Assembly: GCA_002633005.1 (NCBI GenBank)
Contig: NMRA01000004.1
Span: 749,846-813,845, forward strand
DNA: 64,000 bases
Reading direction: 5' to 3'
Origin: Phoronis australis
Taxonomy: Eukaryota; Animalia; Phoronida
Positions 13,401 to 28,400 of the stretch are shown here, piece by piece (the stretch's first letter is position 1; each line of letters starts with the position of its first letter). Both the position numbers and the translations under genes were made by a program. The notes beneath the pieces were generated by a model that ran no database searches, was not told the DNA's origin, and saw nothing but the letters and a program-made list of their open reading frames with translations.

Positions 13401-16400
13401 CACTCTAACACTGCCTTCTTCAACACTGGGTCAGTAGAATTACAGTCCTCTGTCGGTCTAATCTGTGTTCTGTGTCCGTCTCCACGTTGTCAGAATCTTA
13501 TGATAACGAAATCTTTCCATCCACATACCGCGCATGATTCATCAAAGAAATGGCACTTCAGCATTCCAACGTCAGTTAAGACGCAATTTCAGGCGAGTCA
13601 ATAGTGAGCAACGGGGTGTGTTGAGCCTAATTAATGTACGAGTTATTTGTGACACAGTTTCAGTAATAAGCATCATCCTAACTGTTTACATTCCCTAGGC
13701 TCTCAAACAATGAACAGTTTGCAAGTAGATTGGAACACCGAATCAGAATTAGATTTTAACTCTACCTGAGTACTGTCGTGAAATTAATAAAGAAAAACAC
13801 CGAAATATTTGAACATACTCACCATTACACGTAAGTTCTTTACCACTCCACGTGTTGTTATGTAAGCACCTTCGCGTCAAATTTCCCGCCACTTGGTGGT
13901 AACCTACCCGACAACTCATATGGACTTCATCTCCCAGTGTATTGCCAGTAAAAGAGATCAGTTCGGTGACATTGGTCGCGTTTAAAGGCATACAATGCAC
14001 TCCTGTCAAAAACACATGATATTAATTGGAATCACCAAAGGAAAAAGCCGTCGACGGTAACTACTCAGACCAGCCCTGGAAATACGATACTCTCTACCGT
14101 TTGTTGTCACGTTCGCCAAACAACAGGTATACGATCTGGGACGGAAAGTTGGTTAGGTATAGCCCATTGGTTAAATCGCAAGACGGTCGGAAGTCTGTCG
14201 CACGAAAGTTTGGAATCGAGTGGTTTATATAATGTTGTAAAGTTGCAATCGTAGCAGTCTTTATTTAGTCATTGCACGTGGTGTACAGCAAAATTGGTCA
14301 ATAGCGCAGTACGGGCGGCGCATCATGACAGCTAATTAATTATTCACAAGTCAGCTGTTGCTCTTGCTGCTGCTGCTGCTCTTGCTGCTGCTGCAGCTGT
14401 TGCTGCTGCTGCTCCTTCTCCTTCTGTTGGTGCTCCTGTTGTTGCTGCTGCTGCTGCTTCTGCTGGTCATGCTGCTGCTACACGTCATGAACGCGACTCG
14501 GCCAAGCTATATCACAATATAATCATCAATAATCACACATCAAAAAATAATCGAATACTGGGACCATGTTGTTGAAACAGAACCCGCACTGAGAACAGGA
14601 AAACACTGGCTTTCGTAACTCCGCCAAGGTTAAACACAACACTTTTACACCCATATGTAAATATACACTATAGGCAAGTCTACATCGGGTGTAAATGTAA
14701 ATTTACATCTAGTTCGTATGGCGGGAAAAGAAAGGGAATATTTGCGCTCAGTACTCTATACATTTCGCAGCCAGTTTTACACAGGCAACGTTTGCTAGTA
14801 AAGAAACAATTGTCTTGAATCTGAGTAGCTCTTAGGCTGGGGTATCGACCACCACGGGATTGCTTTTGAAACTGTTTCGCAAACGGCAAGTATGGATATT
14901 CACTGTATTAAGAACTATCGACACTGGTGTCAAGACTGACATAAATAATGAAAATTTCAAAATAGAAGGGTGTGTTGAAAATTGTCAAATAGTAGATCCC
15001 CTTCTATTGGCCTCCTCATTTTGCCAAGTATTCCTTGAACGTATTACAAACGAATTAAACAATTCACCTGCCAGTTGGGACCCAAATCATAGTGAATGTG
15101 TGCAAGATTTGGTAACTGTACCTAAGATACTATAAAATCTATGACTGTACTGTTGGTAACCTGGCGGAGTAAGGACAGCAAATGTTTCCTGTTCTCAGAG
15201 CATACAGTCACAGCCGATCAATTGAAAGATCTGGCTGTACAAAAGTTCCACAACGCTATCACTTCAAAAAACAAATTTGAGATTTCCCAATTGCAGCGGT
15301 CTAGCATCGAAATATTTTTCGTGGTTTCTGATCCAACAAAATGGTTCCAGTATTCGATTATTTTTGTTTTATGATTATTGATACTGATTATAAACTATAT
15401 GTTATGTAAACACAAGATAACTTGTTCGTGTGGCGTTCATGGCTTGTTGGCTTTTAGAAATTCAGCGTTCAAAATGAACAGCAAACTTTTCCAAAGTGAA
15501 TTGAAAAACTGATTTGTCCTGATGAAGTTATAAGTATGTCTCTTCGGCCACCTTCTGGCGGGACCCCCTATACAAACATAAGTGTCCCGTTCTTCGGGCG
15601 GGGCCCATATAAAAATTTAGTTCACCCCGCTCTTCGGGCAGACCCCTATATTAATATGGACGACCCGCTCTTCGGACGCCTTCCAAGGAGCTTTTTATAC
15701 TATTATAGTGGGCTCCATTTTGAGGCCCGAAATTAAATTTCTTGCTTATGTCAATAAGAATAAGTCATTTTAGATAATACGCTGTTGCTGTAAAAAACAT
15801 TGTGTAAAAGATAAAAATCGTCTCCGAGGTTCAACACCTTATCAAGACGTGAAGTAGTCAAGTCATCGTCGGCTCCTAAGGTCGAACACGAGCAACTGAT
15901 GTACCCCCATTTTCAAAAAAAGTAATTTCAATGCTTTAATGAATTTTAATGCCATAATTTCCGAAAGCTCAGTGTAAGCAGTAATTCGGGTCAAAAATAC
16001 CGCAGGAAGGTAATTTGTTCATAACGTTGTGGCGTTTTCCAAAGGTGCGCACGTTCATCCTTCAGCTCTTCGGCATATATGTTGGATACAAGACCTAACC
16101 AACACTTACACTGCATCAGTGCTGTAGTGGGGCGTAGGAGCACGTAGGCGCAACCAACCACCTTTTGGCATTTGAATGTAGCGCCCACACACCGTAAAGT
16201 TACGTTCAGTGCCCAAGGTGATACGCTGGGCTTTGGGCGCATACTTACCTCTAATTTTACCACTACAGCACTGCAGTTCATGATGGCCGACTTACTTTTG
16301 CAAATGAAGGATGTTCTTGCTACACAACTCAAATCAGCCAACGCCAACGTAAACGAAATGAGGAACCCGCAATTTTCCATTAAACCACCGTTTGGTTCAC

Positions 16401-19400
16401 CCGTAGCAAAGTCTGAAACACAAAAATAAGCTAATTGGTTGATGAACCATAGGCGAATTGGAGGACGGGAAGGGGTCCAGACCTCCTTCGACTAAATATA
16501 AAAACGGCTCCGGTACACAGCTATCAGGGCCATAATAAGGATTTGCTCCCTTAAAACGAGGATACCGAAGACGTATATTCTGGGTGCTGTCGCATAGGGG
16601 CTTTTTCAGTTGAGAAAAATCACAAGAAATCAATTAATTCCAATAGGGAATCAAATCGTTACCTAGTCACGGCTTATCAAATGTACGATTGAAGAAATCG
16701 TCTATATTTTAGGAGCGAGGTTTGCGAAATTCGAAGCAAAAAATCTGCCAATTGATTAACAATAGTCGATTGTGATTATCTCTGTACATTACCAAAGGAG
16801 AAGCAACAATTGGTCGGACTTCAAAACCATTTGCCAGGACCTCAAAATCAGCTGCCCGGACTGCAAAAGACAACCCCCTGGTGTTCTAAGTTGGCAGTCG
16901 TACCTCAAAACGCGATGTCCGGTACATCTAAACCAGATGGCCGTACCCAAAAACTGGTTGGCCGGACCTAAATCGGGTTGGCCCGTGCTTAAACACAATG
17001 ACCGAACAAATTGCCGATTTTGAACAAAACAAACAAAGGGGTACGAAAAACAAACACGAGATGTCACTTGAATCCTTCGAGACATTCAAAGTGAATCTCT
17101 GAGGAAGACCGGCCGTCGTGTTTAATCACCGGCCATCTGGTTTATAACACCGGCTATAGTGTTTTGGGTCCAGCCAACTAGTTTTTTGGGTGAGGCCATC
17201 GCGTTTTGAAGTCCGGACAACATATTTGATCACCGGACATTTGGTTTTACAGTCCAGCCGACTGGTTTTAAAGTCCGGGCAAGTGGTTTTGAAGTCCGAC
17301 CAGTTGTTGATTACCCCGTGATTACGTGACTTAGGAGTCGCTGGTAATCATTACCGGAATATCCGACAAATGAAACGGAATTGTGAAATATAGTTTGCAT
17401 TATGCGCTTATCCTTTTGCGATTGGCCAGTTAAAGGAATTCAGTCATTTACTGACTATTGAAAAACACGCTTATGACACCCATTCTGAAATATAAATATA
17501 TAAATAACTGTTTATCTCACCTTAAGAATAATAATGCATGAAGTGATCAGATTAAATTTTACTGAATTTTTCTTAGGCTATTCACGAGATATGTTAAAGT
17601 CCTTTTGTGAGCAGAATTTGTACTTGGAAGGCCATGTGCTTTTATTTGTGTCATTATATCATATGGAAAAGTTTCTTATGCAAATATGCTTTTAAGAAAA
17701 CTTTTTGTCTGATGCCAAATACCTACAAGGCAACTACAGCCTGATGAAATACATTGTTCACTGTTTCCTGATATCATGTTAAGAATATGCAAACTCACAA
17801 GGGGACGAGTTCGAACGCTACAGCCGACTGTAATGAGAATTCGTCAGCGAATGAGGTGCCCTTCGCGCTTGTGTTCTTAAGTAATAGTTTACTGTACACG
17901 GGAGGTAAGTTCGAAATCATCCCCTACAAGTGAGTTTGCATATTTTTATACAACTGCAGCCTCTCCACGTTTCTACTTTCGACAGCGTTGTATCTACAAC
18001 ATAGAGGCCACGAGTACCAGACGATATTTTTTGCACAAAATGCTCTGACACTTACTGTAGTAAGTTACATCTGTCCCATCAGGTCGCTGGAAAAGTCCTT
18101 CAATATTTTGGTCGTGAAACCCCATCCATGGCCAATAGATACCCTAGAAATTAGTCAGTAAAAATACAATTATATTATCCGGTCACCAAAATCTCATCAG
18201 TCTATTAAATAACGCACGTAAACACGGCAAAGCACCCTACGAATTTCCGCAACAGTCACTGTTAGACGGGGACTATGAATTGAGCGACGCTTGCGACAAA
18301 GTTTTTCCAACGTTGACAATGTCCTCGGATATCAGTTATGTGCTCCAAACTTTACGTTTTAAAGATTTAAATGAACACGTCGTAGTTGTTATCCGTTATT
18401 ATGTCAAATCCGGGTTCGACAACCTTTAATATAACACAGCATTTCGAACAGAAAAGAACAGGGATGAACAAAATCAACGAACCAGTGTAATCGTTTCGTT
18501 TGACAGCCACGTGATTTCCGAGTCACTTTCTACAGTTGCCAAAGCCATGTCCCTATGTGCGCAGTCTTCCTCAGCCTCTATCCAATTAAGCTTGGGTGAC
18601 TCGACGAAAATATACTCGTTATCACCGTGCTGACGGTAGTGCGTCACGTTACCTGAAAAGTGTGGGAGGTGGGTAATTTGTACAGAGAATCTTATAAGCA
18701 GCCTAACCTTTGTAGGCATCCCGATACTAAGTTCATTTATAACCAGGATACTAGTCATAACCGTAGAATGAGCTGCAGCTGGTATGCTGAATGAGTGTCA
18801 TTTTGTGGATAAAAAGTTGAGTTTGTAAATAGCACAATTCTGAAGAGTAGACTTCATCCCCAAAATACAAACGAAGTAACGTTTCAATATTTCCAATTTC
18901 TGATGGGAAATAAATGCGTTTTTCAGACTTACCTTTTTTGCATACGAACTTGAGTTCATGGTCACACGGATGAGCAAACCAATGAGCTAGGCCACTTGAC
19001 ATAACAGCGCAATTGTTTTCAATGCCATTTTCATTAGGTTGCTGGTCGGAAAATCCTAAAAGGAGAAAGTATGTCTTGCATGTTCACGAGCTATGTGACA
19101 GTTAATAAAGGGATTTTGTCATTTTCTTGTCAAAATGGCCGATTAATACTGGCTAACAAGTGGGCAGACTTTATTGGCAGTTCATAATCCGAACAAACAA
19201 AATTTGCCGTAATATTCGTGGAAGTTCAACTGTCAAAGTTGTGCTTCCGTACAAAGGAAATTACCTTGATGAACATAATATTAACAACTACAGGCCTATC
19301 TCTCTTCTTCCTGTCTTCTACAGATTATTTGAAAAAAAATTCCTATGACCAGCTTTTTGACTACCTTTCTACAAACAATCTGTTATATGAACATCAATGT

Positions 19401-22400
19401 GATTTTTAGAAAGTATATGATCTACTGAATTTGGAACATTCGAACTAGCTGACAGAATTAATGAACAGCTGAACAAGGGGATAAACTCAACAACCATCTT
19501 TTTTGTAGAAGTTTTAAAAGCTTTTGACATAATACATCACTGAAACTTGCTAGATAAACTTTTTTTATGGTATAACAGGAGTCGAACTCACATTCTTCAA
19601 AAATTATTTAACCAATCGATCGTATTATGTTTTCTTTAACCCTTCCAAAAATCAACTATCATAACACGTGTACCACAAGGACCTACTCCTCCTTTTTATT
19701 ATTTACATAAATGACTTCGACATATCCACCTCTCCTGTGACTCTTATGCTGAGGATACCTATCTTATACACACAGCTTCGTCTAAAAAAACAACGAACAG
19801 AAAATTGGAATTAAGAATAAGCTATCAGACAGACATATTCAAATGGATATCAATCAACATATTGTCATTAAATGTCATCAAAATTAAATATATGGTATTA
19901 TACTTCTCTCAAAAATGCCTCAGAATTCAATACCCAAGCTTACAATAAATATTCAAAACCTAACTTTCGTTAAAACATTTAAGTATCTGGGAATAGCGTT
20001 TGATGATTCTTTACCCTGGTCTGAACTTATTATTCTAGTGGGAACAAAAATTGTACAAACCTGAGGCGTACTCTATAAACTCCAAAAATATCTACCTTTA
20101 ATCAAAATGAAAACGATTTACTACCCCTTGATCCGCACGCACTTAACGTTTGTCATCACAACATTGGGCTTTAAAATTTTTATTTGTTAGCACAACAGAA
20201 ACAACAGATCAATTAAAACTTATCGTTCACCAGATCTCTTAAGAAACTTATCACAACTACAATCCTTTACTCAAAACTCCATTTTTTCAAATCGATCACA
20301 GCAACTCAGCATACATTAACCATGCACTTGTGGCGTAATTTTGCGTGGTCTTGCGTGATCTCACTAGTATCATAAGATATTTGGTCTACGGAACGCTACC
20401 CTGGGCTGTAGTGACTTACCAGTATACGTCAAATTAGTCCCGTCAGGCCGCTGGTAAACCCCTTCGATGTGTTGGTCGTGTACGCCGATCCAAAATGGAG
20501 CAGGTCCCTGGAAATCGTTGAACGTGACTTTCTAATAAAGTTATTCTATCGAAAGTACAATGAGCTTCCATATCTAAGCACTAAGCAAGCATGCATTGCC
20601 CTAACTCATGTCTCTTACCATGCCTCAATTACTTTGACAATGAAAGCAATCGTACCCTTTGATTTTTGCCGTTGAGATGAAAAATCTCAAGAATGTATAT
20701 GGCAGTAGGACAGTCCGGATTACACAACCATACTTGAATCTTATCCGTCTGTGGAATGTTGGATACAATTGGGAAGTTTCCGTTTCCAACACTATTCATA
20801 GAATCAGCTGGGCATTTGTAAAACGAGGCCAAAGCAACGCGGTTTCCTACCCCCAGGACTAAAAAAATTCTATCCGGGACAGTCATAACAAAGTTAGCCA
20901 TAGCAAAACAAGATAAAACCGTACCAGTGTAGCTTGAACAGAGCTGATCCAGGAGGTTTCACTGGCGTCTTCTGGAGTGGCCAAACTCATGTTGTTCACA
21001 GCACAAAGATGTCTCGCGTCGTCCCAATTCAAGTGAAGACTAGTTACGAACATATAGCGGCTGTCACCGTGGTGGAACGTGTGCATTGTGCCTAAAAGGA
21101 TAAACATTGTGCCTACCAATCAGAAGAAAAGGTCAAAAACCGTATTCTCATGGCTTTGTATTGATGTGCGTATAGGTGTAATGTCGATTTTAAAGCTACA
21201 TTATAGGCGAGAAAGTGGTCTTCTGAGATTAGCCCCAGCGCCGCATTGATTTTGGCAAATGGCTGGCAGACAACGGCGAAAACTTGTAATGAAACTAAAG
21301 AACACAAAGAGTTTTCTTGTACACCTCTAATCAAATTTAATAACTTCAAAAGTATAGTAAACCCTGTTTTGACTATTTCCACCAATCCCCTTTCTGTCAC
21401 ATGGTAAAGCATCAGTGGCGTGAATCTAGATTGACTGAAGCAGGAATCACCAAAAATTCCATACTCCCTATACAACAGATTGGATATTATGGTTCTTGGT
21501 GGGTGGTCTTTCGTCACAGTTTCCATGTTATTCGCGGAAAGCGTAGGTCACGCTTGTCCGTTTATCAGTCTTTGAAAAAAGTTTTCAAAATTCCCTCCAA
21601 ACTTTGGAGGGTTGTCGAGGATTAAAGAGCATTGTTTTTTATCAGATAATTGAATGAAAAGGTCGGTTTTATTATGTGTTTATATGCCTAAACCCGGTTT
21701 GATATCGTTTTAAGAACTTTGTCCCATCTAACAATAATAATGCGTTTTTCGGTAGTAAAACCGACTATGTCCCTTTAAGAACATTATCCTCATCAGTAAA
21801 CACTATATGCGTCCCGTTGTGTCCGTTTGAAAAAAGTAACATCCCAAGCCAGTCAACAGTTAGACTTCCGGTTAACCTGTTTGCGCGTTGATTTAGGCTT
21901 ATATGGTGTGTATTTAATTGCGCGTTAGTGGCTTTGTAGATGTGTGTAGCATGTTGCTGCTTGTCTATCCATTGTTTGATAGCTCGCAGTGCGCCTGCTC
22001 AAAGCTTTTGACCATATCAGATTGAGGTGCTGATGCGTTCTACTAGCAGATATCAGTTATGATTTATAAATGACGGGTGGCCCAAATCAGTCACTAAATT
22101 CTAATTCCGCTTGTCAGAATAGCTCAACTAAATCAACGATAACTAACTGACATACAAAGTCACAATAATATGAGCGATCAGATTCACGTGGAACTTCCAG
22201 ATACTACACTGTATGCACTGTTCGTCATAACACTTTTAGAAGTTGCTTAGTAAATGTTCCACTTTTATATGAAGGGCTATCAAAAATTTTGACTTTTGGG
22301 ATTTGCACGAAAAACTCAAAGGTTGCATGAAACGAAATAGAAATGTTAATTAAGAAACTCTAACTGTGTGTTTGAGATTTCATCTTGAACGTTTCAAACA

Positions 22401-25400
22401 AAATTTGGTCACGTTGTTAATGTTGTGGTTTTAATATCGATGCACGAACCTTTACTAAAACTTAACTAAAAAGTCATGGTCACGTGACCCAATTAACTGC
22501 CAATTGGTCAAAACAGTCAAATAACAAATTCTACAGGCTTTCCACTTTCACAATACTGACTAGGTATTTGGCTAAATACACACACTTGTCGATGAGGGCT
22601 TACGTAACCTTTGGTATGCCTTTGGACAAATAAGTCCGCTGTTTCAGGGAAAATCACAACATAAGGCCAAAAATACATTGGTTTCTGGTATCTGTTTTTT
22701 GAACATCGAATCGGTGGTGCGGTATTTGTTTTAGTTGCTCACTGAAAAAATCCACCGTAGACGAGCAATAATGATGCAGGATTGTTTTTACTCATCGCTT
22801 GGCAAGTGCCAGCGATTCAAACCTTGCTTGTGTACATGCTTACGTGCCTTTGTGCAGCCTTTCTAATTTAGCGCTTTGAGTGAAATTGATGCGTGTGGAC
22901 GTTTTTTTAAGTCGGTGAGCGCAGACCAGAAATCTCGTCAGTGACAAGCTTAAAAACACTTGGAAGCCACAATAAAACTTTTGAAGAATCGATTCTCACA
23001 TGGAACGCGCCTAGGGTCACCGTTTGACGAGTCGTTTAGACTCCGCCGACAATTAGGTAAGTCAGAATTGACTTGAAAAGTAATTTCTTAACATGTCAAG
23101 TACCAACCCATTTGTGTTTTACCAATAAGACGTTGTGGCCTGTTCAGTGATGACGTATGCTCTGATGTCGGTCCCAGTTCACAGGGGCGGATCCAGGATT
23201 TTGAGTTAGGGGGGCAGGGGCAGAGTATTAGTCAGGATTTTGCCCGTTAGACATTCGCACCCCGGTACTGCCAAATGGAATCTGGAAGAATTTTAGGGGG
23301 TCCATGGCTCCCTTGCCCCCCCCCCTTAAATCCGTCACTGGTTTACGCGCCAACTGAGAGCACATCTGACCAGACAACATCTGACCAACCAAAACGATCA
23401 CCTACCTTTCCACTGACCAATAAGGGGAAGTTTACATACACAATCAACATCATTTGAAACAACCATAATCTACAATTTTCGGAAATGGCAAGACAGGAAA
23501 GAATTGAGCAAGTTTTGAATGAAAGTCGAGGACTTCCAAGTAGTGAAAAGTGGACAGTGAAAATAATGCAACCTATGAGGACTTCGTAAACCAACAGGCT
23601 ACTATAACCTTAACACTGGTTGGCACTTTTAAGAACATCAGCACCTGTTCGACCACTTGCCGNTCTGGAAGAATTTTAGGGGGTCCATGGCTCCCTTGCC
23701 CCCCCTTAAATCCGCCACTGGTTTACGCGCCAACTGAGAGCACATCTGACCAGACAACATCTGACGATCACCTACCTTTCCACTGACCAATAAGGGGAAG
23801 TTTACATACACAATCAACATCATTTGAAACAACCATAATCTACAATTTTCGGAAATGGCAAGACAGGAAAGAATTGAGCAAGTTTTGAATGAAAGTCGAG
23901 GACTTCCAAGTAGTGAAAAGTGGACAGTGAAAATAATGCAACCTATGAGGACTTCGTAAACCAACAGGCTACTATAACCTTAACACTGGTTGGCACTTTT
24001 AAGAACATCAGCACCTGTTCGACCACTTGCCGACCGCGTCGGCGTGTCAGAAATGACTTGTCACGTGTCAGAGATGACTCGTCACAAGATGACGCGAGGC
24101 GCGTTCCTTACACTCATGTACATGCACGTGAACACGTTTGCGCAACCACGCACGAGGTGCACTTGTCTCAGTCCTATGGGAATTACCTCCACAGATTGGC
24201 ATTTCACCACTCCACGTGCCATCTGCTTGACACCATCGCAGGAGGTGTCCTGTTAATACAAGGTTATCCCATCGCAAACAGGCAAACACCACTGCGCATC
24301 CATACGTACTTCCGTCTGAGTATACCTTTTTCGTCGTGGAGTTGTCGTAGATCGGCGCGAGACACGTCACAGCTACAAAAGAAAAATGAGGAGTACCTAA
24401 GTAACCTTCGGATTTGTCAATATTGCCAGTAAGTGTGGAGAAAATTGTGAATCTATACTGGACTTGAGTCGGAATAACTGAAAAAGTTTTGTCAGCCATT
24501 TCTGACTTAACCAAGCAAATGCGACATGTCGTTAACGATTGTCGAGAATGAGTCAAACGGCGGGAAATCCCTTCGACAATACTCGGGCTCAAGTGACATA
24601 TTAAATCATTTAAGAGAACTTAAAAATTCTCTTGTTTAGGTAGTTAAAATGTTAAACGATGTGCCGCTATGGACAGTTCTGAACACTGAGCGCAATTGTT
24701 CAGACAGTCTATCGCGGCATAGATACTGGATAGTTATTCTGGTTTTAAAATGGTTGATCAGGTTGAGGAGCGTAATTGTAGGCAATTACATCGCCCTGGA
24801 TGCCGCAGGCATACAGGGGCGATAGTACATCACCACAAAAAGTTACGAATTTCAAAATACAGGAAATAAAATCAAATGAAACATGCACATGGAGTTATAA
24901 TTAGCACATACCAAAGTCTGGAGACCGATTCAGTCAAGATAATTTGAACAAATCGATGAAAACCTGTCGCGGTTTGCTTGAATTTCTCTTACCGGGTGCC
25001 ATTTTGAGGAAGTTATGTGCAATCATGCAGGTTGACGAATAAAAAGTCCAAGGAACACAAATCTTACAAATTTCATCTGATACCTTCTCATGCTATTTTG
25101 CAAGTGTCGCGCCAGTGTCACTCGCTTGGCTCAGTCTCGCGCTAGTCTTTGCCTAACTCACGCGACTCAGTTGAATCACTTTGTGGTTTTCGCAGGTATG
25201 GTGAAAAAGTTAACGGTGACCAAAAAAGTGGAGTTGGAATTCTTCGCCAAAGTCAGTGGCGGATTTATGGATGGGCCAAGGGGGCCATGGCCCCCCTAAA
25301 ATTCTACCAGATACCATTGGGAAGTTTGCGTGTGAATTGCTGACTAGCACATGCGCGCAACCAGGGGGGGTGAATAATCGATGCATAGGCCCTGAAGAAA

Positions 25401-28400
25401 CCCGTTCACCGTTTTTTTAGTCATCAGGTACGCAAACCCTAAAATTCGAGGCCCTGCATCCCCACATGTGAGGCTGGGCGCGAGCATCTGCCGAAATTCT
25501 GGTTATTCCTGTGTTCTGCCCCCCAACTCAAAATCCTGGATCCGCCCCTGAAAGTCACCTTATTTTCTTGTAACTAAGCTTCATCGAAGATATGGGTAGA
25601 AGTAGAAAGGACCATTGAAGAAAGTAAGCGCTTTTTTCAATGATAGTTTTAAGTGTGGAATGTGTTTTTGACAAGGTGAAAACTCCTAAAGGCGGTGACC
25701 GGATTTGGACTACCGCCCGTTTAAAATACACGGGACGAAATTCGTAAAGAAAGCGATGGGAAGTATTGTAGCCCCTAACCGGCCTACCGAGGGGCTACGT
25801 GTTGCCTACTAATGGGGCTATTCGGAGAATTCTCCTCGCGGTGTCGCTGCTGTACTAGTGGTGATTGAATTGCGCATGCGTGGCTTTCTACATGTAAACA
25901 ACTGGTAAAAGATGGAATTTTTATCAAAATACGTCGTCGCGCTAAGCCTTATTACTGCTAATTTTCCTGGTGCAAGTCTTCGACAGGTGGCCACAAATTC
26001 CCAAAAGACCTAAGGTTACTATATTCGTGGACAATTGCGGTCAACAGGGTCAACTAACTGACAAAAAGTGTGTGGATGCTGAAGCCCCGTGAGTGNATAG
26101 CCGGCGGACTAAAAAAAATAAAAAAAAACGGGTGCACTACTATGAATTGAGCGTTTGTGCTTGTTTAGTGGACTTTTGTCTCGGACTTTTTGTTTTCACA
26201 GGGGGACCTTTTTGGCCCACTTCGCCTAATGGGGGGCTCGCATGAATTAGTTGTCGTCTAAGCTAAGAAGAAGGGAAAGCAATTCATGATTTGACTTCTG
26301 ACCCGGATCTTGAGATCCTATCGGTGGACAAGAGCAGGCGTGCGTTCAGTAACGCTATGACCTACGCTAGGACCTAGCTAAAATCTAGCCTAAGTCGTGT
26401 GTTCTCATTTAAACTACACGGCCATATCTCACGTAATCTCACGAGGTCTTGCTTTTTAGCGAGATCCTAGCGTTACTGAACGGGAGGCAGGTGTCTTGTA
26501 TTTTTGGATGAAGAAGAACAAATGTCTGAGCCTTCTCAGTGAACTAAAGTCCTATAAATGGATTTTGAAAGAAGATTGTTCGTACACAGTAACTAACGTT
26601 ATTCGGATGTTACGAACATATCATAGTCAGTTCCTTACCAGCCCTCCAATAGAAAAAATGAAAACTATATACCTCTACAGTGAACAAAAATATAGAAAAA
26701 TCGGCCAAAACGAGCAAAAATTGAACAGAGCAGCGTTCAATGGAAAAACACATGGATGTCTGCGTAGACGCCACATTAACAGTCAAACACACAGAAGAAA
26801 AGGTTTTAATTTCATTCAAAATTTAAAAAGCCTGAATTCCCCTCAGTAACCAGAATTGCAAATTTTAGTAATAATCTAAAATGTTTAGTAAACCACCGAT
26901 ATATTCTTGCAAGACTACGATGAAAAGTAACTCCTTCCGTTACCTCTGTTACGATGGATACTGTGGTGCATTCAAACGTGTTTCTCAAACTACTTCCGGA
27001 TGACTGAGGTGCAACGTGTTTACACCCAAAATTTACTTCAAACGACAATCGCTTTCCGTGAGTCAGGTCAGACGACGCAAGTTGCGCAGTGCAACACTAG
27101 GGCCTACTGGAAAGGAACCATTTTCGTCTCCTTAATTCTAAATCTATAGACCTTTAAGTAAGAATAGCTTACTTTCACACATCAAGGGTTCGCCAGTCCA
27201 GGATCCGTTCTCCATGCATAGCCGTGTTTGGTTGCCAGATACGGGGAAGTATCCTTCCCAGCAGGCCAGCAGTATTTCACTTCCTGAGAGAAACACCTGC
27301 CCGGGCGTCTCCCCCGCTGCTGTGTGCACAACACTTGCATTTCCATCTGGTACAACTGGCGACCTGCAGTCGGCTTGATTTGATGTAAAAATACGTTTGT
27401 CACATCAATGAAAAAGTTGCACTACAATCGTGAATGTTCATATAATAGTAAGGGAGCACTTGCTACGCATTATCGCACTTGACAGAAATTGTCGCCCGAG
27501 CTATAATATGCCACAATATATGTCACAACAAGGGCTCCCGCAAAATAGTGACTGGTTGGAAGAGAATGCATTAGATTCTAAATTGCACACGTGAAAAGTA
27601 GTCCACCCCGACTTCTCCGTATTCAATTTGAGTTTTAGCGTTAAGTAGGATTGGATGTGCAAATGAAAACGACAAAAAGTAACCAGTGTTTCCTATCAAC
27701 AATTGAAATCCCTGTGAACGTTCTTTTTCTAACCTAAACAATGCCAATCGGCGTTAAATTCTACCGTGTGAAACAAGACAAAGGGGTCATTTCTCAACGT
27801 TGAAAAATTACCTGGTTATTCTTAATATTGAACAATTGGCACGAGTACTAAATCTACAACAGCCTTGATTTCAGCGAATATCTGGCAGCGATAACGGGGA
27901 CAATTATTGATCTGTAATAAAATCATGACACTTATAGCTCTGGTCAAAGGTAATAATTGGAGAAAGTCTACCCTATCCAACAATGACCCCTAAAACGCAA
28001 TTTTCGACCTTGGAATGCCTATGTAACTCGTGGCATTTGGCTCAGCAGTTTACGCTGAGGGAGGAATGTACTACTGCTAGTTTCTGAAAAAATAAGCACC
28101 CGCGCTGAATTGCTCATGCGCTGTTACTCACCTTTACATATTAGCGCTGAACCAGACCATACTTTCATTACTGAGCATGTTCTAATCACGTCACCACCTA
28201 CGTTGACAAATCCCTCCTTACACTGGAAAATAACACCTTCGTCTCTTTTGGACTGGGTAAGACTTCCCGAAACGTGTACTGAATTGCGCGGTATGGGTAA
28301 CGTAGGGCAGAAGTTCCCGCCTAAAGTGGATGAAAACGGAAACACAACTGAAGTTACATAACGTCAGACACACACGTTAAAGCCTACCTTGAACATTTGC

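Noticed and set aside
14352-14480. CAG run as a polyglutamine exon of the lectin gene
   Set aside because: No convincing splice sites; flanking exons 16296 and 14002 join in phase without it.
23281-24032. Duplicated ORFs (MDSENNATYEDF..., MVYEVLIGC...) as paralogous genes
   Set aside because: Same single-N overlap pattern; the sequence is intronic MITE/repeat with no domain.
23920-24432. 170-aa plus-strand ORF
   Set aside because: Repeat sequence plus the antisense shadow of CCP exon 3.
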